34,992 nucleotides of DNA from IMG/VR virus record IMGVR_UViG_3300035520_000484, positions 1-34,992 of that record; one strand, written 5' to 3'. The notes under the pieces were generated by a model. It searched no databases. It was not told where the DNA came from and saw nothing but the letters and a program-made list of their open reading frames with translations. The stretch is from a virus (Duplodnaviria > Heunggongvirae > Uroviricota > Caudoviricetes). Shown one piece after another: positions 8,474 through 22,200 of the stretch; the first letter of the stretch is position 1, and the number at the start of each line of letters is the position of its first letter. The position numbers and the translations under genes are program-made.

Positions 8474-10803
8474 TGGCAGAAGAAGTTAAACGCAAACGCG
8501 GTCGCCCTAAGAAAATAAAACTTCCTGAAGAGGTCTAGACTTTAGTAAATGAAGTCTAGGCTAAACAGGAAGGATCTGTTAAAGAAGAATAGCAATAGAA
8601 AGAAGTAATTGAACAATCAAATGAAAATTCTTTCAAATGGGATGTTCCTATTGATTAGGAAATTAAATATTTTGATTCCAATCTTTCTTATGAATTAACA
8701 GGTTATCGACCATTAAATAAAACCTAGGGATTAGATTTCGATCCTAGTTGGTTTACTGAAGCTAGAGATACTTATAATCGTACAGGACATTATACAGAAT
8801 TTAGAAATGGTTCTAAAGCATTTGCAGATTTCTGGAAAGAATAGTATCGTAGATGTAAATATGGAATGACAGTTAATGGTTATACTGTTACTGGCGATCA
8901 TTATTTCTTTTTGAATTTTTATAGACTAAAAGACCTAGTAAATGTATAGGAAGCAGGTTCAGGACGTATTGATATATTTCCTAACTTTCTTGAAGGTCAA
9001 TATCAATGGTTTCATTATCTTGCATTAGCTAAGAAATTAAGATTAAATGCTTGTATGATGAAAGCCAGAGCTGCGGGTTACTCGGAAATTGAAGCAGCGA
9101 TTTTATCTAAGAGTTATACTGTTATTAAAGGGTCTGTGAATGTAGCATGTGCTTTTGCTAGCACTTAGTTAGATAAATTACTTGAAAAAGTATGGGCTAA
9201 TATTTCCTTCTTAGATAATAATACAGATGGAGGATTTTCTCATGGCCGTATTACAGACTCTGCATATCTAAAAAAGTCAGGATAGTTTAAAATGCTTAAT
9301 GGTGTTAAAACTCCTGTTGGTTGGCAATCTCAAATACAAGGAATTGTAGTAGATAAACCAGGTAAACTTCGTGGTGATCGTACTGATATTCTAATGTTTG
9401 AAGAGGTTGGACTCTGGCCTAATTTTACTAAAGCATATACTCAAGCAGATGCACTTGTTGGACAAATTGGTTACCAATGGGGTTTAAAGTTGCTTGGTGG
9501 TACGGGTGGTGAATCCGGTGCTTAGATGGAAGGCTTAAGAAATGTATATTATAATCCAGAAGTATTTGGAGTATTACCTTATAAACATTCTTATACACAA
9601 ACAGGTGATATAACTATTAGTGCTTTCTTTCTACCTGCATTTAAAACTATTAAAGAAACACATCTTCTTGATAAAAGAGGTTGGATAAGTGATGAAGATG
9701 GAAAGAAATACTTTGATAGAATTAGAGCTATAAAAGCTGCAGATCCAAAAGAATTAGTAGTCTATTGTGCAGAATTTTGTTATAATGCAGAAGAAGCCTT
9801 TTCACTTGAAGGTGATAATAAATTCAATAAGATTAACATTGCAGAATAGTTAACACGTATTCGAGCATTGAAACAATGTCCTCCTATTGATGTAGGATAT
9901 ATAGAATATACCTATAGAAATAATAATCATGCTCAAGAAAATATTACAGGATTTAAATGGGTTCCTAATAAGTCGGCTCCTATTAAGATATTAGAACATC
10001 CTATTTGGACACTTCCTCCGAAAAAGGATGAAAATGGTAAAATTATATGGAATCCTCCAGAAGGGCCAATTAGAGACTTATATGTAATTGGTATTGACGG
10101 TATTGATATTGGTAAATAGCAAACTTCAGAAAATACCAAAGATCCTTCTGATTTCTGTTTAACTGTTTATAAGCGAGCTTATGGTCTTGAAGAACCTTAG
10201 TTTGTAGCAATTTATAAAGATAGACCAAATGATATTCGAGAAGCTTATAAAATTACATTTAAATTAATGTAGTATTATAATGCTTAGGTAAATATAGAAG
10301 CTACTCGACAAGGTATTATTCCTCACGCTAAAGTATAGAAGTTAATGAGATACTTCATGCGTAGACCTAGAGCTACTCTTTCGGATGCTGTAAGAAATAC
10401 AAATAAACAATATGGAACACCTGCTACTGCTGCTATTATTGATCATCAAACAGATTTAATTGCTGATTATGTAAATGATTATTGTCATTTAATATGGTTT
10501 GATGAAATGCTTGATGAACTTAATCGTTATACTGATGAAAATAAACGTAAGTTCGATATTATAGCATCTATGGCAATGGCTTTATTAGCAGATGAAGAAT
10601 TACAAGGAGTAGTCGCAAGACCAGTTTAGACAACTCCTGATTCTTGGGAAGACTTTGGATATTATAACGATTATGAAGGAGTTAGACATTACGGCCGTAT
10701 TCCTAAACAAATTTAGAATCCTATAAATAATAACGCATATTTTGAATATGAAGATAGAGGAATTAAAACAAGTAATCCACGAATACTTTCGGAATATTTA
10801 TAA
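8473..10803 (+). CDS. terL: Terminase large subunit (776 aa, TAG=Gln)
   Basis: Joins four track ORFs in one frame. Walker A-like MKARAAGYSE, KLRGDR, Walker B ILMFEEVG, GGTGG, RNase H-like YVIGIDGID, KDPSDF, NIEATR, KRKFDIIASM. Confidence 0.92.
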
Positions 10804-11044
10804 ACAAGAATATATAGGTACTCTAGATATTAAGAAATTAGAACCTATTGGATATAGTATTAAATTGGGATTAGGAGTTCCTAATAAACCGTTAACAATT
10901 TATGCGGAGTTAGAAGATGAACAATATCTCAAATTTCTTAAAGAAGAGTTGAGAAGATTTATACATGTAAATTATGGAGAATTGAATATGATGTATCCAT
11001 ATAATTGTAAACCATTAAATACAAAGTGTAGTTGTAATGACTAA
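10748..11044 (+). CDS. Hypothetical protein between terminase and portal
   Basis: ATG 10748 (track uses TTG 10742); overlaps the TerL end and the portal start; Cys-rich C-terminus. Confidence 0.7.
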   Translation: MKIEELKQVIHEYFRNIYKQEYIGTLDIKKLEPIGYSIKLGLGVPNKPLTIYAELEDEQYLKFLKEELRRFIHVNYGELNMMYPYNCKPLNTKCSCND

Positions 11045-13214
11045 AGACGAATTAATTGAAAAGACCGATAAAGCAATCGGAGAATTGGTTTACTCAAAAT
11101 ATGATTTACAAAAGGCATATAATTATTATAATGGAATAAGAGATAAGGATTAGTTCCGATATTTGGAAGAAGTATATGGAGTAAATACTCCTACTACTTT
11201 ACATTTTACACCTTTAATTAGAAAACATATTGATGCAATTATTGGTGAATATCTCGGAACTCCTATTATACCTAAAATCTTTTGTAAAGATAGTGAAACT
11301 ATAAATAATATTGAGAGAGATAAGCAATTAAAAATATCTGAAAGCATTTATACCTATTTAAAAAATCATTTAAAAAATGCCATTTTAAAATTTCTTGATG
11401 GAAAAAATATTAACGACGGATTAATCGAAAAAGAATTAAAATAGGTCGCTGATGATATTAATAATAACTTTGTATCTGAATACGAGATTGCTGCTTAGAA
11501 TGTTATTGATTATATTATGCAATCTAGAGATACAGATATGATTACAATCCTTAGAGATTTATTATTAGACTTACTTATTACAGGATATGCTTTCTACAAA
11601 GTAGAACCTACTGTAGAAAAAAATAATATTAAAATTAGGCCTCTTAATCCTTTAAATACTTTTATTGATAGAAATTTTGAATCACCTTATGTAAAAAATT
11701 CATATCGTGCAGTTGTAAGAAGTTGGATGTCTAAAGAACAAATTCTTAATAAGTATGGAAAAGATATGAAGGCATCTGATAGAAAACTTCTTGAAGAAAA
11801 ATGGAGTTCTATATATGATACTTCAATGTATTATGTACGTATGAATAGTTGTAAAGGTGTACCTGCTACTGATGGATTACAAGCAGGAGTAGAAGTGACA
11901 CCTGGATATCCAGATACTTCAGTTGGAACTACTTAGGAATTAATTCCTGTATATGAAGTAGAATGGATTGAAACTGATAAAGACTATGTAATGCAACGTT
12001 ACGAAACAATAAGAATTGGTGAAGAAATTTATATTCTTAAAGGTAAGAATGAACAGGTAATGCGTAGTAAATCTAATCCATCTTATTGTAGTCTTTCTAT
12101 TAATGGTATTTATTTCTTAAATAGAGGAACTAAACCTTATTCAATGGTTGTAGCTTGTGAACATTTGCAAGATGAATATGACCTTCTTAACTTTTATAGA
12201 GATAATCTTATTGCTAATAGTGGTACTGTTGGTGATTGGATTGACTTAACTTTAATACCTGCAGAATTGGGTGCTAGTCTTCCTGAAAGATTAATTAAGT
12301 GGCAATCTTATAAGAAGCAAGGCATGGGTATTATAGATTCTTCTCAAGAAGGTAGAATTGCTTCAGGAACTGCTCCTATAAATACTATATTCAATGGATA
12401 TGATGATACTGTAAAATAGTAGGCTATTCAAGCAATTCAAGTTGCTATTGACTCAATAGAATAGACAGTATCTTCTATTACTGGAGTATTTAGAGAACGA
12501 TTAAATGGTATCGAACAACGAGATGCTGTTACTAATATTAAGTAGGGAGTAAATAATTCATTTATCATTACTAAACAAATTTATCATTAGATGGATTTAA
12601 TAGTAAATGAAATATTACTTGATTGTTTAAATGAAGCTAAGATTGTTTATAAAAATGGTCTTACGGGAACAATTATATTAGGAGATAAATATTAGAAAAT
12701 ATTTACAGCACGTCCTGAATATTTCACTTTAACTGATCATGACATACGTATTATTACCAGTTCAGACGTAATTAAAGACCTCGAATAGGTTAAGTCTATT
12801 ATTCCAGAGTTTGTCAAATCAGGAGGTTTACCTCCAGATATTATCATAGAAGCTTTAACTAGTAAGAGTATACCAGATCTAAAAGCTAAAATCAAGAAAG
12901 CAATGAAAATTTAGAAAGAAGAAAATGATTAGATACAACAACTTTCTAAATAGGCTGAAGAATTACAGTAGCAATTACAAGAATCCAGTAAACAATTACA
13001 GCAAGCTAATTCTAAAATTGAATAGCTAAATCAAAGTAAAATGGATTTGGAAAAATAGAAAGCTAATATGGAAAATAAGTTAGAATGGTATAAAGCTCAA
13101 ACTGATAGAGATTATAAAGAGAAGATGGCAGAAGAAGCTAAACGCCGTACTGAAGTTGAGATTCAGCAATTATACGACGGTAATCCTTATAATGACAAAC
13201 TTAGACAAATATGA
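11037..13214 (+). CDS. Portal protein (725 aa, TAG=Gln)
   Basis: Joins three track ORFs. KAYNYYNG, FTPLIRKHIDAIIGE, DLLITGYAFYKV, SSITGVFRERLNGIEQRDAVTN and a C-terminal coiled coil. Size and position after TerL fit a crAss-type portal. Ends TGA. Confidence 0.85.
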
Positions 13215-13960
13215 TACCTAAATTTAATGTATGCTAGGAAAGTTAGTGTGGACTAACTATAACTGGATTATCTTATGAACATAAACTATATTTGGAGGAA
13301 AGTTCTGAAATTACTAAGTATGATAAATTCAAATATAGTGAAACTGCCACCGTTAATATCTTAGAATTAAATAAGATAAGTGGTCGTAAAATCGTTGCTA
13401 CGGAATATGTGGATCATTCTTCTTACTTGGATGAATCACATATTAAACTTAATGAAGATGGGTTCTATACTGTAACACAAATAGTATTACCTACTTTAGA
13501 TTGGGCAATTAAGATTTTAAATGAAGATAAATCTTATTTTGATTACTATACTAATACTTATGTTATAGATGGTGATCTCATCTATAAATGGAATGGCGAA
13601 GTCTTTATACTTTGTGAAATTGAAGAAGTTCTCGAAATGAATCCTGAAAAAACTACATTAGCAAAAGCGTCAAAAGACATATTTGTTATTTGTTTTTTAT
13701 GGAAATGTTTTGTAGATTTGTGTAAAGGATTACTAAGTTCTAACTTAACTAAGTGTAAATCTAAAAATTCTGATTTAGATACATTACAATTTAATCGTGA
13801 TTTTATTTGGATGACGATTAATGTATTAACATATTATATTGAACGTAATATGTTATATGAAGCAGAACGAATACTTGAAGAAGTTAGAGGATGTAATGGT
13901 ATTTGTAATCAATCACTAAAAATGGTATCTGGAGGAAAAGGCTGTGGTTGCAAAGGTTAA
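13211..13960 (+). CDS. Putative structural protein with C-terminal GCGC motif (249 aa, TAG=Gln)
   Basis: ATGA overlap with the portal stop; extends track ORF 13292-13960 upstream across two TAGs. Confidence 0.75.
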
Positions 13961-14117
13961 AGAAAAAGTAATTGACGAATATAAGTCCTTTGTAAAAAGA
14001 CTACATAAGGGATATAAAGATGATTACAAACATATTTTAGACATGATTTGTTTTATACAAATACATGAAGCACTTGATAATAAAAACTTTATATACGAGA
14101 AATTAATAAATGAATGA
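13944..14117 (+). CDS. Small hypothetical protein (57 aa)
   Basis: GTG 13944 to TGA 14115-14117; fills the gap between neighbours and overlaps both. Confidence 0.55.
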   Translation: MVAKVKEKVIDEYKSFVKRLHKGYKDDYKHILDMICFIQIHEALDNKNFIYEKLINE

Positions 14118-15006
14118 CCATAAATTTAGACATGTCTGTTTTGCTGATCTAGAAGAATATATAAAGAAAGATTTTTATTTCGATAGCTATACTAAATCTG
14201 AACAAGCCTTAATACGTAAGAACTTAGGTATTATGGAAAGAGAAGATATAGCTGAATATGTTGATAATTATCTTAAAATATATATATTAGTTACATATGA
14301 TGAACTTTGCTAGTTAATTGAAAATAAAGAATTATCAACAGGTCATTTTTATGTAATCACAGACTTTTAGACTATTTATACTTCTAATACTGGAGAAGTT
14401 TGGGGATTAGATTCTCATCCTTCTTATAAATACTAGATTATAGTTGAAGCATTAACTGATTCACTTTTAGATGATAATGCTAAAATTCTTTCTTCTGATT
14501 TTACTAAAAGTTTATTATGGACTGTAAAATATGATTGGAACTCAGAATAGTTAGGAGATGTTTCAACTAAAGGAAAGATTACATATTTAGAAGATGAAAA
14601 TGGAAATTCCGCATATTTCGATTTTAAAAGTATTAAATATGAATTAACTAAAGATTTTCTATAGACTAACCTAGGAATTACTACTAGAGATAGTGTAAAA
14701 GAATATAAAACATTTGAAGCAAGTACTACAAATGTAACTTTGAATAAAGGATGTTCTAATATTATATTCTTTAAATCTGCTAACGATGTAATAGTAAATT
14801 CAGGAAGTTCTAATATTTATGTAAATACTTAGATTAAGAATACAACTATAGAAAATGGAACTAATGATATAGTTCTTAAAGATTCATCAATATTTAATAC
14901 AAACATGCATAAAACTGTTTACAATTCTACTGATGGAGCAGTATTAAGCTATATGGATAAAGATACTTTAACTCTTTAGACTTATGAAATAGACTCTGTT
15001 TGTTAA
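14110..15006 (+). CDS. Tail-associated protein with short beta-helix-like C-terminus (298 aa, TAG=Gln)
   Basis: Open to TAA 15004-15006. EQALIRKNLGI motif; the TYDEL...YVITDFQT...GKITYLEDENGN..YFDFK domain recurs in 29235-32483. Confidence 0.7.
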
Positions 15007-18000
15007 GAATTAGTGTTAGGGGCCTTGTACTGACGAAAGAGGTTATCTGTAGAAAAATAAGTATTTAAGCGAGTTCAGGAGTGATGAAGAAAAAGCATTA
15101 GCTCGTGAAAATCTTGGAATTAGTAAAAATGAAGGATCTTCAAATTACATCATTGTTGAAACTAATCAAGACCTTAAATTACTTTCTACAGATAAATACG
15201 ATGAAGGAACTTTAGTCCGTGTAAATAAGGATATAGATGAAAAATATTTCTATGTTCTTAAAAATGGTAAATGGGAAGTTTCTGAAAGTAATACTCTTTC
15301 TACTGTATAGGGTATTCCTATATATTCACAGGAGATAATTAATAACCAAGAAGGTAATCTCCCTGATGAATATATTAAAATAGATACTGAATCAGATCTT
15401 GAAGGAGAAATTACAGAAAAACAATATACAACTTCTACTAATGGTTCATATTTAGATATTTTATTTTCTGCAATTCGTTCTCTACAATCTGAAGTTACAA
15501 AACTAAGAAATTCTTTTAAATACGGAATTAATTCCTATACTGACGGTAATACTGCACTATCCTCTAGTATTGATGAAGATAGTGATAATGAACCTTTATG
15601 GGCAATTGATGAAGATGATTTATCTGCTATATAGATTATTCCTATGAAAGCAGGAAATAATATTCTTCCATCTGAAAATGTTGATATTACTGTATCAGGA
15701 TAGTTGACAATTAATAATACTGGAACTTATACTTGTGATCTAAGTAATGTTGAAGATGTAAAATTATTTCTTTACATTACTAGTACTAAGAAAACTATAA
15801 AAGTAAATTTAAAAGATAAGACTGGAGAAGATTTGGTAATAGACCTTAGTAAACTTAATCATAATACTTGTTCTCTTTATAATTACATGATATTAGTAAG
15901 TAGAAAACAAGATGATAAAGGTGCTAATTATATATATGTTCAAATTACTAATGGATATACTGATTCAGTAATATCTGCAGGTTATTGGAATAATAACACA
16001 TTAAATGATAACATTTATGAAGTCTCTTCTAGTTATTATATCAATACAGTAGAATTTACAGATTTAACTTTAACTAAATTTAATATTTATTCAAAGTATT
16101 AGGATTTCTCCAACTCCGTATTTCCAAGTTTACCTGATGATAAAGAATATAAATACGAGGCAGCTCATATAACTATTCGTTCAGTTAAATCTAAGGAAGT
16201 AATGAATAAAATCTCTTCTCAATTATTAAACAAAGAACTTATATGGGATGAAGGAGAAGAAAAGCTATATATTAAATCTAATAATAAGATTGTAGCAATT
16301 GGAACTGCTAGTACTGACAATAATACAAGTAATTCAAACAGCGGAATGGATGAATCTGAAGTATTAGAATTATTAAAAGAAATTGGACTTGTTGTTGATG
16401 AAGATAGTAATGGTAATTTTACTGATATACATTTAAATAATATTGCAGACCTTACTTTTATTCATCAAGACACTGGAAATAAATATAAAATATCAGTAGA
16501 TTCAGAAGGTAATCTTGTAAGCTCTAAAATTACTGATATTGAAAAATTAGAAGATAATGCATATATCCAGCAAGCTCTTAATACTACTGGAAATATCCGT
16601 GGTCTTATTGGAACTTCTGGAGCTTACATTTATAAAGGAACTGATGGGACTAATGTTAATTCTATTACTAATAATATTGGTCTTAATTCAGATAGATTAA
16701 AAATTGGAGCTGTTTACGCTCTTCAAGAAGGGGATGAGGTATTTGGATGTTCTCATGCTTATGTAGAATTAGAAAATACATCAGATAGAGATTTTAATCT
16801 CGATGGTTGTTATCTACATTTCGCAAAGATGAATACATCTACCAAAAAAGTTGAAGTAAAGCATTTAGCACTTACTGGTGTAATATATTCAGGAAGTACC
16901 TATTTAATTAGAGGTAAACAATACGTAGAATATGATTCTCCTAATTGCTTTGTTAAAGTATCCAGCTATGATTAGGAATGGTATGATAATGGAGAATTAA
17001 TTGATTTTAGTTTTAACGCAACTAATGGTATTGGATTCTGTTTAACTTTAGGATTAGAAACATTAGAATATAACACATCATTGCTTTCTATAAATGGTGA
17101 CACATATAGTAATTATGATCCTCATTTTATTGATGCGATGTGTATTGGTTCTAATAAGTTAGATGGAACTAATAATTATTGGACTCCTAGTGCATTTACT
17201 GCTACTTCAAATTGTATTTTTAAAAATACCTTTGAACTTGATCCCGCTAATCAAGCATATCAAGCTTTATACTCTAAAGATAGTTCACGAGTTCGTTGGA
17301 ATAAACCTGCCACAGACTATCAATATCTTACTTTAAATAAAGAGTATATTGAATTTCCTCATACAGATGAAAGATTCCCTATTTCTAACTATACTCCGAA
17401 AGCATCTTATGAAAATAAGAATGTATGTACAGATAAATCTAAATTAAATCTTTATAAGCCTAATATGGTTACTTGTTCTTTTGGTATTGATATACATAAG
17501 ACAAGATGTTTTAATTGGATTTCTGCTGGAGTATTTGATGAATTTGTCTTTATTAAAGATGGTTCTGATTGGAAAAAGTTTGAATCATATAAAACAATTA
17601 AAACTAAAATAGCAGAGTCTACAACTTATCCTCATAGAAAAGAATTTAGTGAGACCATTAATAATGTAATTTATGCAAGAATTATTAGTACTTTCCCTGC
17701 TGATAATACTAGATTTACTGCACATAAATGTATTATTGATATAACTGATTCTTCTGTATCCTCTCCTAAAACTTACACATATGTAGTTGGTAGAGAAGAT
17801 AAGAATGGTAATCCTGATTTTGAACACTGTTCAGAAGAATGTACATTTACTATATACCCTGAATCATATACTCCTGTAGTCTATCAAATTACAGATTAGC
17901 AAGGATTTCATTGGGTAGAGTATCAAGCGTGGGCTGCTGCAGCTAATAAAATAAATGAAGAAATTTCTGCTCGTTCTGGCATTATTCCTATTCTAATCAA

Positions 18001-19267
18001 TACGGGTGACATGACTCAAAATGGTACACGTATTAATGAATGGTTAGATTATTATAATGCTGGCAAAGTATTATTTGATCATTTAGAATAGATGAATGTA
18101 GTAGGCAATAATGATTTATGTGGAACAAGTCCTTCTGAATTAGGAACAGGTGATGATGCTGGCAAATCAAATTCTTACTATTTTCACTTATTCTATTGCT
18201 ACGAAATTGATGAATAGATTCCTCCTATATATACAGGAACTGACGGTATAACTCGATATATTCCATCTCTTTATTATTTTGGAAATTCTAAATAGAATTT
18301 CTTAATGGTTAATTCAGAAATAACTAAAATTAATTGTAGAGATTGGTTTAAAGCTACTTCAGGAAATGATATAATTAATATCTATACAGGATTTACAATT
18401 GGCACCGATAATGATAAAAAATATATTGATTCTGATAATCTTTATATTTATGAATAGTTATATTGGATTTTTAATAAAATTAATAATGTAACCGCTGTAT
18501 GTCATGAAATGCCATTTACTGTTATTACTAAAGCAAATCTTGCAAGTACTACTGATATTATGTCAGCATATCGTTCTGAAGATAAAAGTAGTAATGCAAT
18601 GGGATTAGTTGGCAGTCATTTAAATCAAATTACTGCTGATGAAACTGGTAAAGGTACTTATTGGTTTAGTAGACTTCTTGAAGATAAAGGAGTAAAACTT
18701 TGTATAGGAGGTCATAAACATACATACGCTTGCACCTATCCATTACGAGAAAATTATAAAGGTATGCAAACAAATAGTCCAATGTACATGGATTCATCAT
18801 TAAAAAATGATACTATTGAATTCATTGTAGATGGTTAGAATTTAACTAAACTTCCTTATGCTAATATTACTGATGTAGGAGATCCTGAATCTGGATATTT
18901 CTATCCTGTTACTCCGACTACAGATACATTAAATAATGCTGTTGTTTATTTTATGTGTCAAGCTACTGGATATAAATTAAATTCTAATAAAGAATTGCCT
19001 GCTGCTACCTAGAGATTCTCTAAATTTGTACCATAGACAAATGGTAGTTCTCCTTCACAAGAACAATTATATCCTATGTTTGGTATTATTGAATATGGTG
19101 ATTCTACTGGTATTAAACTTGTTAGAATTAAAGGAATTAAAACTAGTAAAAACAAGTTTGATTAGAATACTTTTGATTCTTCTGATATGAGTTTAGAATA
19201 TTTAAATGAAGGAACTGAGTATTATGGAGATTGGAGTACTGCCAATAAAACTTTAATTACGCTATGA
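14984..19267 (+). CDS. Large lamin-tail-domain + purple-acid-phosphatase-like/calcineurin-like metallophosphoesterase protein (1427 aa, TAG=Gln)
   Basis: Four track ORFs share this frame. LTD-like YVELENTSDRDFNLDGCYLHF, FN3-like PAP N-domain (RCFNWIS, HKCII, YTYVVG), MPE motifs TDQQG, NTGDMTQNG, VGNND, CHEMP, GGHKHTY. Confidence 0.8.
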
Positions 19268-22200
19268 AATTAAATGGTAAAAATATAATTACTTCTAAAG
19301 ATGTTACCGTGGTTGGGGAAGCCTCCAACCTCGGTAATGACTTAGATAACATATTAGTATCTTAGCAAGGAGATATACAACAGCTTAAAAGCAATGTAAA
19401 ATGGCTTTATAAGTATGGTGGCGTTGGTTCTGGTGGAGGTTCTTCATCAGGAACTTCTAATACTTAGTGGTCTGCTTATATATCCTTTGGTAATCAAAGT
19501 GTAGAAGATAAAGGAACTATAGTATTATCAGGTACAGGTACTTATACTTTGAGTGTAAGTATATCTAATCCTCAAGGTAGAGAATTTACTGTAAGGTATA
19601 AGTTAGGAGATTCTACTAGATATAGTTCGACTTATAAACTAAATAGTGATAATACTTGGCAACAAGATATTTCTATTGCTATTGCTAAAGAGACTACTCT
19701 AGTAGTTGAAGTACGTGATCCTAATAATGAAATACTTTTAAATACCGTCACAATTAAACCTAATGCATATACATTTGACGCGTATTTAACTAATAATTCA
19801 GGAACAAAATATACTGAAACTAACATCTTTATAGATGAAATTGAAGATAATGGACTAATGTTAGAAATTCCTTATAACATAGTGGTTGATTATAAAGAAT
19901 GTTCTTTAGATATATCTTTCAATGATAAATCTGTTTCAGTTCCAATTGAAAACGATTTTGGCACTATAAAATATAATTTGAAAGAATTAATTTCTAACTT
20001 ATCTAATGATAGTGCTGGTTCTTATACATGGTCTATTGATATTAATTTATAGTTAGCAGATCGTTTAACTGAAGAAACTATTGATACTTTATCTCAAAGT
20101 ATTTATTTAATTCCGAATGATTTTTATATTTTAGTAACCCCAGATACAGGAACTATTTATAAATAGCCATAGGATTACGATTCAGCTAATAAATATTAGA
20201 ATGGGACTATTAATCTTCACGCATTTATATATAATGGTAAATCTAATAATGGTTCTAATTTTACCATAACTACTGAAGTATATTTAAATGGCAATCTGGA
20301 TGATTCAAAAACTTCTACTATTACTGAACGCACAGATACTATTATTTAGATAAATGCTGCTAATGAAGGTAGTTATGAAGTTAAGCTAAAAACAGGAACA
20401 AATTATAGTAAATCTATTTATTTGTATGTTTTTGATTAGTTTAAAGACGTTGATTATTTTAGTAAAGAAGATACTGTTTATGAATCTACCTATTATAGAA
20501 CAGGAACATCTTCAGATACCCTACGATTATCAAATGAAGCTCAATTTAAATTAAAAGCTAATGGTAATTCTACTACTATTGATAATCTTAATATTAAAAA
20601 TACATCATCTGATGTTGCTACATTAATTAGTTTTGGCTTAAAATTTAGTGAAATTAATTCTGAAAATAAAGCTATATTTACTCTCAAAACTACAAATAAT
20701 GATACTATCGAAATATTCCCTACAAAAGTTTCAAATTCTAATAAAGTAATAACGATTGCCAAATGTTCTGATTTTAATACTGATAATGATGGCTATCATT
20801 TAATTACTATTTGTTAGCATAAAGTTGCTGAAACAGGTACAGGTGCTACTAAAACTATTTATTATGGTAGAGAATTATATATTGATGGTAAACTTGAATT
20901 AGGATGGAGTGATTTAACTACAAGTTATTTAAATATAAATAGTATTACATTAAATCCATTAAATTATTATATCAATTTATTAGAAGTTGATTATATATAG
21001 AATTATGATTATGGCCATATTGATACCGTAGTTGTAAATTATTACAAAGCATATCAATAGAAAAAATTACAGCAAGAGAATATTGATAGAGGTATATTGA
21101 ATGTTTTAATGGATTCTAATACAACATATACTTTTAAAGATAATGCTATTGTTTTAAATTCTTCTGCTGTTAGTAAATTATCTCAAGCTAGTAAAATTCC
21201 TACTTTACTATTTTATGTTTCTAAAAGTACTCAAAATTCTGTATTAAAAGATACAGATATGGAATTAAATATAAAAAACTTTTAGATGAATATGGGAGAT
21301 TCGGGTATTAATTGTCCTGAATTTGCATCTTATTAGTTTGAATGTGATTTTTATTATGCCTAGGCTGGTGAGGATGTTATAAATAGTAAGAAAAATCCTG
21401 GAAGTGAAAATCACTTTTATTTTAATTTCCAAGGATCTTCTACATATATTTTCCCAGGAAAAAATTTATAGGTAGGTATAAAGGGTAATACAGTTACTGA
21501 GACTGTGCAAACTACTCCTGTATTTACTCCTAATTATTCTAAGTCGGATACTACTACATTCTTACCTGAAACAAAGTTTAACTTAAAAGCAGACTCTGTT
21601 GACTCATCTCATACTAATAACAATGCCTGCGGAGCTTTTATTAATACAGAAGTTCCTAGATTATATGATGATACTACTTATGAATATAATACTCATGTAA
21701 AGAATTGTCTTGAAGGATTTCCTGTAATGGTTATTTTAAACTTAGGAACAGGTGATGAAAATTCTTCTTCATTCGGAGATGAGTTTTATTTATTAGGTAT
21801 TTATAATTTTAATTTAGGACGTGATTCTTACTTTAATTTAGGTTATTCTGATTTAACAAAAGCGTTAAAAAATGAAAGTGATTAGAAACTAGAAGAAGGA
21901 TTTGGAATTTATACTATTAATGGTACCTTAACATCAGGTGAAGTAACACCTACTATAAAAGATGATGTGTGGGTTGCTGAAATATAGAACAATACTTCTG
22001 GATTTGATTTTTCACAATATGATAAAACAGTATTATTTGCTAAAGATACTGCTACTCAAAAAGATACTGGAGCAATGTTTGGTGATCTTGTTTATACAGG
22101 AGATTCTGATAAGTTCCAAAATAATGTATAGAATTTTGTAAAAGCTACAACAAAAGCAGGAGCTTTTATATGGAATTCTTTAGGAAAATCCTTTGGTGAT

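Noticed and set aside
8473-13214. Introns or inteins in terminase or portal
   Set aside because: Both read continuously at plausible lengths under code 15, with no splicing motifs seen.
13212-19267. TGA reassignment (code 4 or 25)
   Set aside because: TGA ends genes at ATGA-type overlaps (13212, 14115, 19265; also 32680), and Trp is encoded by TGG.
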